Shown here piece by piece: positions 1 to 10,962 of a DNA stretch of 64,000 nucleotides (its first letter is position 1; every line of letters starts with the position of its first letter). Source of the DNA: Bythopirellula sp. (lineage in GTDB: Bacteria > Planctomycetota > Planctomycetia > Pirellulales > Lacipirellulaceae). The position numbers and the translations under genes were made by a program. The notes below the pieces were generated by a model, which made no database searches, was not told the origin of the DNA, and saw only the letters and a program-made list of their open reading frames with translations. The stretch spans positions 3,552,001 through 3,616,000 of the forward strand of contig OZ244170.1 of assembly GCA_965216565.1 (NCBI GenBank). The letters run 5' to 3'.

Positions 1-398
1 GAATGTCGTTTGCATACGGTCGCTCAGCTTTCAAGGGTAGGAACACGGCAAACAATGCCGTCGCTGTGCGGTGTATTCGTCGCGTTACAACCCTATTCTC
101 AAGAAGATTCGTTGTGCGCCTTACGATCGTTGTGAGTGGCGCATCCGGCAAAGTTTCTCTAGGCTCGCACCAAAACCAGGCCGAGGACGGCCTAAATGTC
201 TAATTTCCGGCTGCCAGGCAGTTCCGCGAATGCCTGAATACTGAGGCCCAAATGTTTGCATCTGCATGAGTTTGTCGGGATAATCAGTAATAGCTCGTAT
301 GGATCACGAATCCGTCGGCATGAAGCAGAGCAAGACGCCCTCCTCGCCACCCTAACTTGCTAGCGAATCACCCTTTTCTGTAGGACACTTCTCGCATC

Positions 399-3300
399 AT
401 GGGTCTGTTCACAATCTTTGCAAGTTGCCTGGGGCTATTTCGCCGTAAACGAACTTCTCATTCGGAGCAATTACAAGCTCGACCACTCGTGCCGCGCACC
501 CTCGAGCGCCGACGCGTACTCGATGCTTCAGCCGCCGGAGCAGCACTAGCGCCCCTGGCCGAGCTGACCGACACCGTACAAACCGGTTTGTACGATACAG
601 GCGAAGGCACGGAAAACGAAGAAGAAATTGTCCTATCTGGGGAGTCAGAAAACACGTCGCCCTCCAATCTGCAGATTCAACCACTCGATCCTGTATTGGA
701 AAACGGTTTCGCTCAGTTATCTTTGTCGTTTGACGACCCCGACTTTGAAGACTCCCACACCGTGGAGATCGATTGGGGTGATGGAACGGTAGAGACCATC
801 AATCTCAACGAAGACCAGCTATCGCTCGTCACACAGCACCAATATCTTGATGACGATCCAACAGCCACGCCATCGGATCTGACTCCGATCATGGTGACCG
901 TCACCGACAGCTATGGAGAATCGGTCAGCGAGTCGGCCACTGTTGAAGTGATTAATGTCGATCCCGAGATCACGTTCTTCTCTGTCACTTCTCCCATCAA
1001 TGAAAATGACAGTGTCATTTTGCAGCTGGCGTTCGAAGACGTAGGCTCGCTGGATAACCATACGGTCGAGATCGATTGGGGCGACGGAACTCCGATCGAG
1101 ACGATCATTCTGAGCGACGACCAGTTTTCGCTCGTCACCCAACATAAGTATCTCGACGACAATCCTAGTGGAACTCCAAGTGACGACTACACGGTGACAG
1201 CCACGGTGATTGATGACGACACTGGCAGCGACTCGGCTATGACGGTTGTTACCGTGAATAATGTCAATCCGATACTCATGCTGAATCCACTGGCGGATAT
1301 TAGCGAAAACGACAGCACAACTCTCAGCGGCAATGTGAGTGACGTCGGCACGCTCGATACTTTCACGCTCGATATCGATTGGGGCGATCCCTTGAGTCCC
1401 GACAACGTGCAGTCGTTTAACCTAGGAAATGTTGTTCTAACCGAAGCGGCCGACGGGATTAATTGGAATCCCGTGACGGGAGACTTCTCACTTTCGCATC
1501 AGTATCTCGACGATAATCCCAGCGGCGATCCCAGCAACGACTACACCGTGAGTGTAACGGTCACCGACGACGATACCGGCACCAACATGGCAATGGCAAT
1601 GCTCACCGTGAGCAATGTTGCCCCGATGGTCACCATCAACGATGCGCCGCTCAACAGCCCCGAAGGCACGCAGATTGATCTAACGAGTACAGTCGTCGAC
1701 CCCGGCTCGCTCGACACCTTCACCTATGCTTGGGAAGCCTCTGTGGGCGGCAATGTCGTGGCCACGGGAAGTGATCCAAACTTTAGCTTCACACCGGCTG
1801 ACGATGGAACCTACCTGGTGAAACTGGAAGTAACCGACGACGATGGTGAGTCGGGTATGAATATGGTCTCCATAGAAGTGATGAACGTAGATCCAACTTT
1901 GGCACCCATCGCCAACATCACAGCCAATGAGGGCGAGTTCATCATGCTTCCTCCGGCTACCTTTAGCGATCCCGGATTTGATCTCGTAGCGGCTGGCACC
2001 CAGGAGAACTTCACCGCCACCATCGACTGGGGCGATGGAACCACCGAGCCGGTCGGCGATATCACCCTGGTCGAAGTCCCAGGTAGCGAAGGCGTGCTTA
2101 CCACCGGCACCATCCAGGCCATGCATGCTTATGCCGACAACGGAGTTTACACCGTGACCGTCACCGTGATAGACGACGATGGTGGCAGTGCCTCGCAGAT
2201 GTTTGAGGTCACCGTTAGTAACGTTAATCCCACGCTCGATCCCATCGCTAATATCACAGCCAATGAGGGCGAGTTCATCATGCTCCCCCCCGCTACTTTT
2301 AGCGATCCCGGGTTCGACTTGGCAGCGGCTGGCACCCAGGAGAACTTCACCGCCACCATCGACTGGGGCGATGGCACCACCGAGCCGGTCGGCGATATCA
2401 CCCTGGTCGAAGTCCCAGGTAGCGAAGGCGTGCTTACCACCGGCACCATCCAGGCCATGCATGCTTATGCCGACAACGGAGTTTACACCGTGACCGTCAC
2501 CGTGATAGACGACGATGGTGGAGTCGGGATGGCGGAGTTTACCGTGACAGTGGCCAATGTTGCGCCATCTCTCACCGGCGTGGATGGCTCCGAGATATTG
2601 GACGAAGGCGAAGAGTTCACTCTGGCTGACTTTGGGTTGGGGATTAGTGATCCGGGATTCGACAATCCCCTCAACGTCGGCGGTGAATTGGAAGAGACGT
2701 TTACCGGAGTTTCGATCGACTGGGGCGATGGCACTGCAGCGATTCCAGTAAACGTCGTGAATAGAGTTTCGGGCAGTGAAGGTGTATTGACCACCGCTGA
2801 ATTCGACCATGCAGCCCACGCTTACGCCGATAACGGCACGTACACGGTTACCGTCACATTCTCGGACGATGACGGTGGAGTAACCGCTGCTGAGTTTGAG
2901 GTGATCGTGAACAACGTGGCGCCAACATTGGTGCTCACCGATCGGGTGCTGGTGATCAACGAAGGCGATACGCTCGATTTGTTCGACCTTGGCACATTTA
3001 GCGATCCAGGGTTCGATAACCCAGCCAATCCCAACGGTGCCTCGACAGAGAGTTTCACCTACGAAATCACTTGGGAACAAGGCGTTGCGCCGGAAGGTGG
3101 CTTACTCCCAGCCACAGAAGTGGACGGGATGCAAGGCACGCCTACCACAGGCACATTGGCTGACAGCCACCTCTATATCGACAATGACGACGATAGCTTT
3201 TTCACCATTACGGTCACACTCACTGACGACGACGGCGGCAGTGACACGCAGCAGATTATGGTGCAGGTCAACAACCTCAACCCGGTCCTCGATCCTATCG

Positions 3301-4424
3301 CAGCAACCGATATCAATACCAAAGGCGAGACGGTCCTGACGCTAAGCTTCGATGACATCGGTATCGAAACTGCCTATCTCACCGCGGATGACAGTGCATT
3401 CCGCATTATGATCGATTGGGGTTATGTGGGTGTACCCGGTATGGAAGGGTTTATTGAGCAAGTCGACTACAACGGCGGCACTCCCGAGTCGTTTGTCATT
3501 CAGCATACCTACATGCAACAGCCGAATCCGATGAATCCCGCGGCCGATCTCATTTTGCGCGTCCAAATTCTGGACGATGATAATGGCAACGACCTAGTCA
3601 TGGCCGAAGGTGCGAGCAACATCGAAATCGTAGCTATTTCCAATCCGGGAATCGGTGGGCAACCTGTCAGCATCGATACCACTCCGCAGGTTCCCCGGCT
3701 CACGTTCCAGCGCACATCGGCTACAGCACTCTCGTTCCAGTTTTCCACTACCTCTGAGGCTAACGTTAGCGGCGGCGATATACGCTCTGCCTCTTCTGAT
3801 TCCAAGGCAACGACCGAACAAATCCTGGAACTGCGGGTCATCGACTCCTACGGTGTGGAAAGCGAGGGAATTCCGCTCAAGGCAGAAGTCCTCAACAACT
3901 TGCCTGATTTGTTCTACAAGCTTCCAGACAATCACTACGTGATTTATCTGGTCCGCCAAGAGACTAACAGCGAACGTCTGGTCATCGAGATCTATCTACG
4001 CGGTGGCCGTATCATCGATCCTACCGATGACAGCGAGGGCCTGCGCAATCGTCCGCCCACAGAAGAACAAAATGACCTGCTTGACCAAACGGGCGAACAA
4101 GGTCAGCAGGACTCTGATGTGGACGCCATGCTGGAAGAAGTCAAAGAGACGCTCCAGGATGAAATTGAACCCGAGGGCGAATTGCGGATCGAGCCAGCAC
4201 AACCAATCGCTCCGCCATCAGAACAAGAAGTCGGCCCGGGAATCGACGAGGGAGCGAGCCGCGACAGGTCGACGACGCAGATGCTCGGTCTGGCCACCGG
4301 CCTGGTTGCAACCCGCTCGTTTGGCACCTGGGCTCGCCGTGTCGATCGCACCTTGGCCCAAGCAGACAAGAAAAAATGGCGAGAACTTCGTCGTCGCACC
4401 CGGCATAAGCGAAAAAACCGGTAA
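399..4424 (+). CDS. Large acidic PKD/Ig-like repeat surface or secreted protein with planctomycete LE..R.L leader motif
   Basis: 1341 aa ORF; N-terminal RTLERRRVLDA; repeated IDWGDG...H.Y.DDG.Y.VTVTVTDDDG PKD-like units. Confidence 0.85.
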   Translation: MGLFTIFASCLGLFRRKRTSHSEQLQARPLVPRTLERRRVLDASAAGAALAPLAELTDTVQTGLYDTGEGTENEEEIVLSGESENTSPSNLQIQPLDPVLENGFAQLSLSFDDPDFEDSHTVEIDWGDGTVETINLNEDQLSLVTQHQYLDDDPTATPSDLTPIMVTVTDSYGESVSESATVEVINVDPEITFFSVTSPINENDSVILQLAFEDVGSLDNHTVEIDWGDGTPIETIILSDDQFSLVTQHKYLDDNPSGTPSDDYTVTATVIDDDTGSDSAMTVVTVNNVNPILMLNPLADISENDSTTLSGNVSDVGTLDTFTLDIDWGDPLSPDNVQSFNLGNVVLTEAADGINWNPVTGDFSLSHQYLDDNPSGDPSNDYTVSVTVTDDDTGTNMAMAMLTVSNVAPMVTINDAPLNSPEGTQIDLTSTVVDPGSLDTFTYAWEASVGGNVVATGSDPNFSFTPADDGTYLVKLEVTDDDGESGMNMVSIEVMNVDPTLAPIANITANEGEFIMLPPATFSDPGFDLVAAGTQENFTATIDWGDGTTEPVGDITLVEVPGSEGVLTTGTIQAMHAYADNGVYTVTVTVIDDDGGSASQMFEVTVSNVNPTLDPIANITANEGEFIMLPPATFSDPGFDLAAAGTQENFTATIDWGDGTTEPVGDITLVEVPGSEGVLTTGTIQAMHAYADNGVYTVTVTVIDDDGGVGMAEFTVTVANVAPSLTGVDGSEILDEGEEFTLADFGLGISDPGFDNPLNVGGELEETFTGVSIDWGDGTAAIPVNVVNRVSGSEGVLTTAEFDHAAHAYADNGTYTVTVTFSDDDGGVTAAEFEVIVNNVAPTLVLTDRVLVINEGDTLDLFDLGTFSDPGFDNPANPNGASTESFTYEITWEQGVAPEGGLLPATEVDGMQGTPTTGTLADSHLYIDNDDDSFFTITVTLTDDDGGSDTQQIMVQVNNLNPVLDPIAATDINTKGETVLTLSFDDIGIETAYLTADDSAFRIMIDWGYVGVPGMEGFIEQVDYNGGTPESFVIQHTYMQQPNPMNPAADLILRVQILDDDNGNDLVMAEGASNIEIVAISNPGIGGQPVSIDTTPQVPRLTFQRTSATALSFQFSTTSEANVSGGDIRSASSDSKATTEQILELRVIDSYGVESEGIPLKAEVLNNLPDLFYKLPDNHYVIYLVRQETNSERLVIEIYLRGGRIIDPTDDSEGLRNRPPTEEQNDLLDQTGEQGQQDSDVDAMLEEVKETLQDEIEPEGELRIEPAQPIAPPSEQEVGPGIDEGASRDRSTTQMLGLATGLVATRSFGTWARRVDRTLAQADKKKWRELRRRTRHKRKNR
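1905..2521 (+). repeat. Tandem intragenic duplication of one PKD unit (period 336 bp)
   Basis: 1905-2185 matches 2241-2521; 1988-2185 vs 2324-2521 differ at one base by eye. Confidence 0.9.
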
Positions 4425-4528
4425 CAGTCCCTTTTTCTCCGCCGCCGAATTACAATCAATGGTAGGGCTTTTCCGCCATCCGGCTGCCCCTGACTTGGCA
4501 ATTTTCTATTCGGATCTGGGATCGATTT

Positions 4529-7500
4529 ATGGCCGCGTGTCATGTCTGCCACAATTTAGCCGACGAGTCCTCACTTGCCGCTGGAAAGTGTGGCGTGTGT
4601 GGCGCTGTGCTGCGTAAGATGCCACGGCGTAGCATTGATGACCAAACGCAGCCGCTCGATCCCACGAAGACTCCACCTTCGCCAGAACCGCCCGCCCCTC
4701 CCAGTTCTCCCGGCGAACAAACCATCACTCTTGGTGAGGAACAAGCCACGGTCATTAGCCCGATGGATCTCTCCGCCGGTTCACCACCTGCAACAGACAC
4801 AGGCGAGGACTTGGGTCCGGAGCATGATACGAACAGCGGTCAGGAGAATCTCGAAACCCATCGGACTGAGACTCCTGCTGAGCCGACTGATTCAGATCCC
4901 TACAAGACAGTAGCTCCCGAAGAGAAGCTACCAACCGAAGAGGCACCGACTTCGGATCAAGGCTCTTCAGATGAGGGGCAAGGCACCGTTGCCTTCTCGC
5001 CCGATCAAACCGTCGATTTCGCAGCCGGGATCACGGGTCTCGACAGCGATTCGGATGATCCTCCCTCCGACGAAGGCCAAGGAACTGTTGCATTCTCGCC
5101 GGACAAGACCATCGATTTTAAAGGAGACGTCTCTGGCGATGACCTTGATTCTTTGGTCACGGCCAATTGGGACACCAATGTCGAAGGCGATGTGAAGGAT
5201 TCCCGGGGCACAATCAAGCAGAAAGACACCGTGCATGGCCAGATGGCCACTAAAAGTTCGATCGTGGTTAAGTCCCGGCAATTCCATAGTGGGCGATCTG
5301 CCGTCGATCAAATTATTTCTCCTGCCGATGCACCTGACTACGAGTTGCTCGATGTGATCGGTGAAGGCGGCATGGGCGTGGTTTATGCCGCACGCCAATC
5401 GGCGATTGCTCGGACTGTGGCCGTCAAGATGCTGAAAGGCAAAGACACAGAGTCGGTAGAGCAGAGAGAGAAATTCATTTCCGAAGCGGTAGTCACTGGC
5501 GAACTCGACCATCCGAACATCGTGCCTATTTACGATCTAGGCTCAAACGATAGCGGTGCCCTCTTCTATTCCATGAAGCGGGTGAAAGGAACGCCATGGA
5601 ACAAGGTACTTAGCGAGAAATCGCTTGACGAAAATCTGAACATATTGCTAAGGGTCGCCGACGCGGTAGCGTTCGCCCATGCCAATGGCGTGGTGCATCG
5701 CGATCTGAAGCCTGAGAACACCATGCTCGGCGACTTCGGCGAAGTGCTGGTGATGGACTGGGGACTTGCGCGCATCAGCCCCGACTTCCCTAATGCCGAC
5801 TCCGTGAGCCAATCGGACGTGATGGGTGGCACGCCCGCCTATATGGCTCCCGAGATGGCTACCGGACCCATCGAGAAGGTAACAATCGCCAGCGATATTT
5901 ATCTGCTGGGGGCCATGCTCTATGAAATCATCGAGGGTCGCACCCCTCATACTGGCAGCACCGTAATGGCCTGTCTGTTCGCTGCCGCCAAGAACAAGAT
6001 TCCTCCGCCCAAGAATCCCGGCGAGTTGTCTGACATAGCCCTCAAGGCCATGGCAACCGATCCGGCGGATCGTTACGCGTCAGCTCGCGAATTCCAAGAA
6101 GCCTTACGAGTGTACCAATCGCACTCCGAGAGCATTGTACTTACTGATAGTGCTGCTAAGAGTCTGGCCGAAGCGCGTGACAAGGACGACTACGATCTAT
6201 TCAGCCGAGCCATGTACGGTTTTCAGGAAGCGGTCACCATGTGGTCGGGCAACCGACGCGCCAAGGAGTTGCTTTCGGAATCGAAAGTGGCCTATGCCAA
6301 CTCGGCGTTAGGTCGTGGCGACTTTGAATTAGGCCTTTCGCTACTGGACTCGCAAGATGCCGAGCACGCGGAGGTGATTGCCCAACTGGAAGCGGGTCGC
6401 AAAGAGCGCCGGTCGCGGCAACGTCGCATGAATCTCCTGAAAGGTCTCGTGGCAGCGCTCATTGCCGCCGTGATTGGCACGGTTGGCTATGCGTATGTGG
6501 CTGTAAGCCAGCAACGCGACATTGCCGTCAAGGCGCGCGACGAGGCAGTCACTCAGCGCGACCGCGCCGAAGAGCAGGAGAAAATTGCCAAAGAGCAAAC
6601 AAAACGCGCCGTCGCGGCAGAAAAAGACGCCTTAGAGCAAAAAGACGTAGCTCTGGCCGCCGAAGAAGAGGCTGTGAAACAAAAAGTGAAGGCTGACGTC
6701 GCCAGAGACAAGGCTATTGAGCAAGAAAAAATTGCTAAAGAGCAACGCCAGCTAGCCGTAGAAGCCAAGCAGCGAGAAGAGTACGAAGCCTATGTGGCTC
6801 AAATCGGATTGGCGAATGCCAAGATCGAAGAGAACGCGTTCGACCGAGCTCAGCAACTCTTGATGCAATGCAACGAGGAGCTCAGCCGCTGGGAGTGGGG
6901 ACGGCTCGCCTATCTATGCCAACTTAGCGAGGCAACCTGGCAGTTGGACGGGCCAGTGGAAGACATCGCTTACTCTCCCGATGGCAAGTACTACGCTACC
7001 GCTGATCTGGCCGGCAACGCTATCCTCTGGGACGCAGCGAATCACAAGAAACTCAAGACCCTTTCTCACGGGCAGTACGTCCACGCAGTCGCCTTCGATA
7101 ACACGGGCACCAAGTTTGCCTCAGGCAGTAGCGATCGAACGATTCGCATCTACAGTGTCCCCGATGGCAAACAGTTGCGACAACTTGCGGGACATAAAGA
7201 TGGGGTGATTAGCCTGAGCTTTAGTCCAGATGGCCGCCAACTACTAAGCGGTAGTTTTGACAACACCGCAGTTCTGTGGGACGTCCGTTCTGGAAAACCA
7301 GTTCAACAGCTGAAGGGGCATAGTTGGTGGGTCTGGAACGCGGAGTTCTCCAAAGACAATAACCGCATTGTTACCGCCGGTCAGGATGGCAAGGCAATCG
7401 TCTGGAGCCGTCAGGCGAGCCAGGGAGCCTACCGACCTCTAACCGAATTTACAAAGCATCGCGGCCCAATCAACGCAGCGACCTTCTCGCCAGATGGTTC

Positions 7501-9712
7501 TCGAATCGCCACGGCCGGAGCCGACGGACGGATACTGATTTGGAATCCCGATGAAGTCCAGCCTGTGGATATTGCCCGACGCATTGATAACGAAGTCGAT
7601 CCACCCGCCCCCTACGTCGAATTCTTAGGTCACGAAAAACCGGTTTGCTCGATTGCCTTCTCACCCGACGGGTCGCAATTGATTTCTGGTGGCGAAGACA
7701 ATGTCAGTCGAATTTGGCAAGTGGCAACTGGCGAACAATTGTTGAGCTTGCGGGGTCATACAAGCTATGTCCGAGACTGTGTGTTCTCTCCCGATGGCAG
7801 TCGGGTGCTCTCCGCTAGTCGAGATCAACAAGTGAAATTATGGGATCCCTCGTCGTATGGTGAGGCCCTGGCGTTGGGCCGCAACGAAGGTTCGCAACAT
7901 GCTGATGCCGTGCTGTCGGCGCGATTCTCTACCGACGGGAGTCAAATCGTAACCGCCAGCCGCGACCGCACCGCACAACTGTGGGACACGCAATCGCAGA
8001 CTTTAGTCGAGTCGTTCAACGAGGGACATGAATTTCTGGCCTCCTATGCTGTGTTCTTTAGCGGTGGTAGCAAGCTGGCGACTTCCGCTGGGGATGGCAC
8101 GACCCGGATTTGGAACGTCGCCAGTGGTACGGAAATCGATAGTCTCAAGGGCACAGGTCGCACAGCGTCGCTTGATGTCTCTGCAGACGGTCGTTGGCTT
8201 GCCACGGCTGGCAATGAGAACAACGTGAAAGTATGGGATCTAAATTCTAATAAGTTGGTTGCGAATCTAAGGGGACACGAGGAGGCTGTGAGCGCGATTA
8301 GTTTTGCCTCGGATGGCACGGCCTTGGCTTCGGGTGACGAACGAGGGCGTTGCCGGACCTGGATTCTGGAAGACAACCAGTGGCGGGACGGACAAGAGCT
8401 ACGAGGACATAGCCGGGCCATTACGGGACTTGCGTTCACGCCGCAGGGTCGACTAGTTTCGGCCAGTGGCGACAACACATGTGCCCAATGGGATTTGAAA
8501 ACCGGTCGAGAGTTGACCACGCTTGTTCTTAAGCATCCTGGTTGGGTCACCGATCTGGATGTTTCCGAAGACGGTGCAATGGCTCTAACAATTTGCGACG
8601 ATGGTCAGTTGCGGTTGTGGTCTTTGGAAGACGCCCGGCCACTTCGCAAGATTCAGCCCCGTACCAATGTGCTATTCACCTCGGTCGATATTTCGCCTAA
8701 CGGGAAGTTGGCTATCGCTGCCTGTGCGGCTGAGGCTTCTGTGCAAATGTGGAAGTTAGATACGGGCGAAGAGGTCACTGATGGTAATGCAGCTTGGCTC
8801 GACTTGGGCGATCGCAGTGGTATCCTCTGGTCGGCTCAGTTCTCTCCCAGCGGCGATCGCGTGCTAACGATCGGCGGAAATGATGCACAAATGTGGGATA
8901 TCGGCAGCCGCGAACAACTAGTGCGATTTACCCCGCACGGAACCGTGGCGTCGGCCGATCTGTCACCCGATGGCAGACTTTTGGTCACCGGCAGCTGGGA
9001 CCGTTCGGCCAAGATTTGGGATGTCTCTACAGGAAAAGCGATTCGCAAGCTCGACGGCGTTCACCAAGGTTTTGTGAATAGCGTTGAGTTTTCGCCGAAT
9101 GGAAAACTCATTCTCACGGCTAGCGACGATGGTACAGCCCGCGTTTGGGATGTCGCGTCTGGCGAGGTAACCGAACCTATATTCCAGGGTCATTCGGGGC
9201 GTGTCCTCAGTGCCCGCTTTAGCGCCGACGGCTCGAAAGTGCTGACCACCTCCGGTGACAAGACCGCGAAGATTTGGGATGCAAGCACTGGCAAAATCTT
9301 AACAACCTTGTCGGGACATCGATGGGGCGTGCTGTGCGGAGAGTTTTCTGCGGATGCCAACAGAGTTGTCACGGGCAGCGCAGATGACCAGGCGATTGTC
9401 TGGGACGCCCGCTCAGGTGAGATCCTGATGAAGTTGGCCGGCCACACCTCCAGCGTCACTGGGGTTGCCTTCTCGCCCGATGGCAATCGAGTACTAACTG
9501 GGAGCCGAGACAGCCTTTGCAAGCTATGGGATGCCCGCACTGGCAAAGAGATTTTGACACTCGAAGGTCAAAACGCTGAGATCACTTCGGTGAGCTTCTC
9601 CCCGGACGGACTTTCCGTTCTGACGAGTGACCGCGATGGCCAGACAAGACTGTGGCCGGCGCTCGACTGGCGACAACGGCGTCCCCAACAGGCATGGCAC
9701 ACTCCACGCTAG
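4529..9712 (+). CDS. Hanks-type Ser/Thr protein kinase with TM helix, coiled coil and C-terminal WD40 repeats
   Basis: IGEGGMGVVY, VAVK, HRDLKPEN, DWG, GTPAYMAPE; LVAALIAAVIGTVGYAYV TM; many GH...FSPDG...WD repeats; N-terminal CxxC..CxxC. Confidence 0.95.
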   Translation: MAACHVCHNLADESSLAAGKCGVCGAVLRKMPRRSIDDQTQPLDPTKTPPSPEPPAPPSSPGEQTITLGEEQATVISPMDLSAGSPPATDTGEDLGPEHDTNSGQENLETHRTETPAEPTDSDPYKTVAPEEKLPTEEAPTSDQGSSDEGQGTVAFSPDQTVDFAAGITGLDSDSDDPPSDEGQGTVAFSPDKTIDFKGDVSGDDLDSLVTANWDTNVEGDVKDSRGTIKQKDTVHGQMATKSSIVVKSRQFHSGRSAVDQIISPADAPDYELLDVIGEGGMGVVYAARQSAIARTVAVKMLKGKDTESVEQREKFISEAVVTGELDHPNIVPIYDLGSNDSGALFYSMKRVKGTPWNKVLSEKSLDENLNILLRVADAVAFAHANGVVHRDLKPENTMLGDFGEVLVMDWGLARISPDFPNADSVSQSDVMGGTPAYMAPEMATGPIEKVTIASDIYLLGAMLYEIIEGRTPHTGSTVMACLFAAAKNKIPPPKNPGELSDIALKAMATDPADRYASAREFQEALRVYQSHSESIVLTDSAAKSLAEARDKDDYDLFSRAMYGFQEAVTMWSGNRRAKELLSESKVAYANSALGRGDFELGLSLLDSQDAEHAEVIAQLEAGRKERRSRQRRMNLLKGLVAALIAAVIGTVGYAYVAVSQQRDIAVKARDEAVTQRDRAEEQEKIAKEQTKRAVAAEKDALEQKDVALAAEEEAVKQKVKADVARDKAIEQEKIAKEQRQLAVEAKQREEYEAYVAQIGLANAKIEENAFDRAQQLLMQCNEELSRWEWGRLAYLCQLSEATWQLDGPVEDIAYSPDGKYYATADLAGNAILWDAANHKKLKTLSHGQYVHAVAFDNTGTKFASGSSDRTIRIYSVPDGKQLRQLAGHKDGVISLSFSPDGRQLLSGSFDNTAVLWDVRSGKPVQQLKGHSWWVWNAEFSKDNNRIVTAGQDGKAIVWSRQASQGAYRPLTEFTKHRGPINAATFSPDGSRIATAGADGRILIWNPDEVQPVDIARRIDNEVDPPAPYVEFLGHEKPVCSIAFSPDGSQLISGGEDNVSRIWQVATGEQLLSLRGHTSYVRDCVFSPDGSRVLSASRDQQVKLWDPSSYGEALALGRNEGSQHADAVLSARFSTDGSQIVTASRDRTAQLWDTQSQTLVESFNEGHEFLASYAVFFSGGSKLATSAGDGTTRIWNVASGTEIDSLKGTGRTASLDVSADGRWLATAGNENNVKVWDLNSNKLVANLRGHEEAVSAISFASDGTALASGDERGRCRTWILEDNQWRDGQELRGHSRAITGLAFTPQGRLVSASGDNTCAQWDLKTGRELTTLVLKHPGWVTDLDVSEDGAMALTICDDGQLRLWSLEDARPLRKIQPRTNVLFTSVDISPNGKLAIAACAAEASVQMWKLDTGEEVTDGNAAWLDLGDRSGILWSAQFSPSGDRVLTIGGNDAQMWDIGSREQLVRFTPHGTVASADLSPDGRLLVTGSWDRSAKIWDVSTGKAIRKLDGVHQGFVNSVEFSPNGKLILTASDDGTARVWDVASGEVTEPIFQGHSGRVLSARFSADGSKVLTTSGDKTAKIWDASTGKILTTLSGHRWGVLCGEFSADANRVVTGSADDQAIVWDARSGEILMKLAGHTSSVTGVAFSPDGNRVLTGSRDSLCKLWDARTGKEILTLEGQNAEITSVSFSPDGLSVLTSDRDGQTRLWPALDWRQRRPQQAWHTPR

Positions 9713-9896
9713 CAGTCTCAATTACAATACTTCGACTCGCACTTTATCTACGCTAGCACCGTTCACCTGGAAACCTCCTTCAGGTGTATGGCAAGATGAA
9801 CCGATAATGTTGACGAGTACATGCTCTGCGCACAGGGACTGTGCATGCATAGCGACGACTGTCTACCAACTAATTGTCGAACAAGGAAGTGTCGAC

Positions 9897-10904
9897 GTGC
9901 TGAAGCCGTATCGAATTCATGACGCCGAAAATCGGGCTAGCTCTTTCTCGCGCCGGCCTATTGTCTTGGCTCGGCTACCATTCGTTGGTCAGGAAGTAAG
10001 CCCGCCTGGCGAATACCACCCTGAGCATGAGCGCGCGCCTCAGGCAATGCCTCCAGCTCCAGCACAGGTACCACAGCAGCCAAATTTCGAGAGTCTTGCT
10101 GCACCGCATTTGGAGTCGCGCAGCTTCTTGGCAGATGATCAGGTTACGTCCGAATACAATTCGCCCCGGATAGATCCCGGTCACCAAGCTACTGAGATTC
10201 AGGCGCCAGAAGTACAGCAACCAGAGATCCAGGCGCCGGCAAATCATCAGTCCAATAATGAGCAACATTCTTGGACGCGAAGCGCAAAGAACCCCGGCGG
10301 GCTCTATCAGCTACAAAAGCAACTTGCTACCAACTCTGGGCTTATTGTAACCCTGGCACTGGTTGCTTCGGCACTGTTCCTCTACATGGCAATCATTGCT
10401 CCTGTGGAGCCCCCGACCGTGGATTATAGCAATAGCTATGAATTCTACGGTGAAAATCAGGCGGTGCCACAAACGAACCTGCCAGATACCGAGATGTCTT
10501 CTGAAGCTCAGGTGAATTCTCTGGACCTTCCTGCGGATCCCTTTGAAGTCGGTGCGGCGGAGTCGGGTCGAGCCGCGCTGGTGCAGGGCGATAACTCGTC
10601 CATCGGCGGCACACCCACTCGCCCCAAAGACAGGGTTGCTGCTGCTATTGACGAGGAGCTCAAGCTTGCACCTTCACATTCTGGGATTAGCAAACGACCC
10701 GAGGTCGTGCAATTGCCAACCATCGATGAGGATTCGGGGAACGTGGAACTAATCTTCGACGATGCCAGCGCTTTCACATATCCCCATACACCACAACCGA
10801 TTTTCGACTTTGGCCCCTTGAACATTACCGATGATCCGGCAGATGCACCGAGTCGAGAATCCGCAAGCAAGTCGGCCGTGGCCAATCGACCGCAATTCAA
10901 TTAA
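9897..10904 (+). CDS. Hypothetical single-pass membrane protein, Pro/Gln-rich (start uncertain)
   Basis: ORF 9627-10904; GTG 9897 follows AAGGAAG; one TM (GLIVTLALVASALFLYMAII). Confidence 0.6.
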   Translation: MLKPYRIHDAENRASSFSRRPIVLARLPFVGQEVSPPGEYHPEHERAPQAMPPAPAQVPQQPNFESLAAPHLESRSFLADDQVTSEYNSPRIDPGHQATEIQAPEVQQPEIQAPANHQSNNEQHSWTRSAKNPGGLYQLQKQLATNSGLIVTLALVASALFLYMAIIAPVEPPTVDYSNSYEFYGENQAVPQTNLPDTEMSSEAQVNSLDLPADPFEVGAAESGRAALVQGDNSSIGGTPTRPKDRVAAAIDEELKLAPSHSGISKRPEVVQLPTIDEDSGNVELIFDDASAFTYPHTPQPIFDFGPLNITDDPADAPSRESASKSAVANRPQFN

Positions 10905-10962
10905 GCAGACGAAGCTAGACATTGGTATCCTGCGCTCCTCTGCCATATCGGAACAAATTATT

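Noticed and set aside
1680..3080. 466-aa antisense ORF inside the PKD gene
   Set aside because: Shadow of the repetitive, biased-codon sense gene; no motifs.
6500..9700. Repeats in the kinase gene as a CRISPR array or DNA repeat element
   Set aside because: These are protein-level coiled-coil and WD40 repeats with diverged DNA; there is no repeat-spacer structure.
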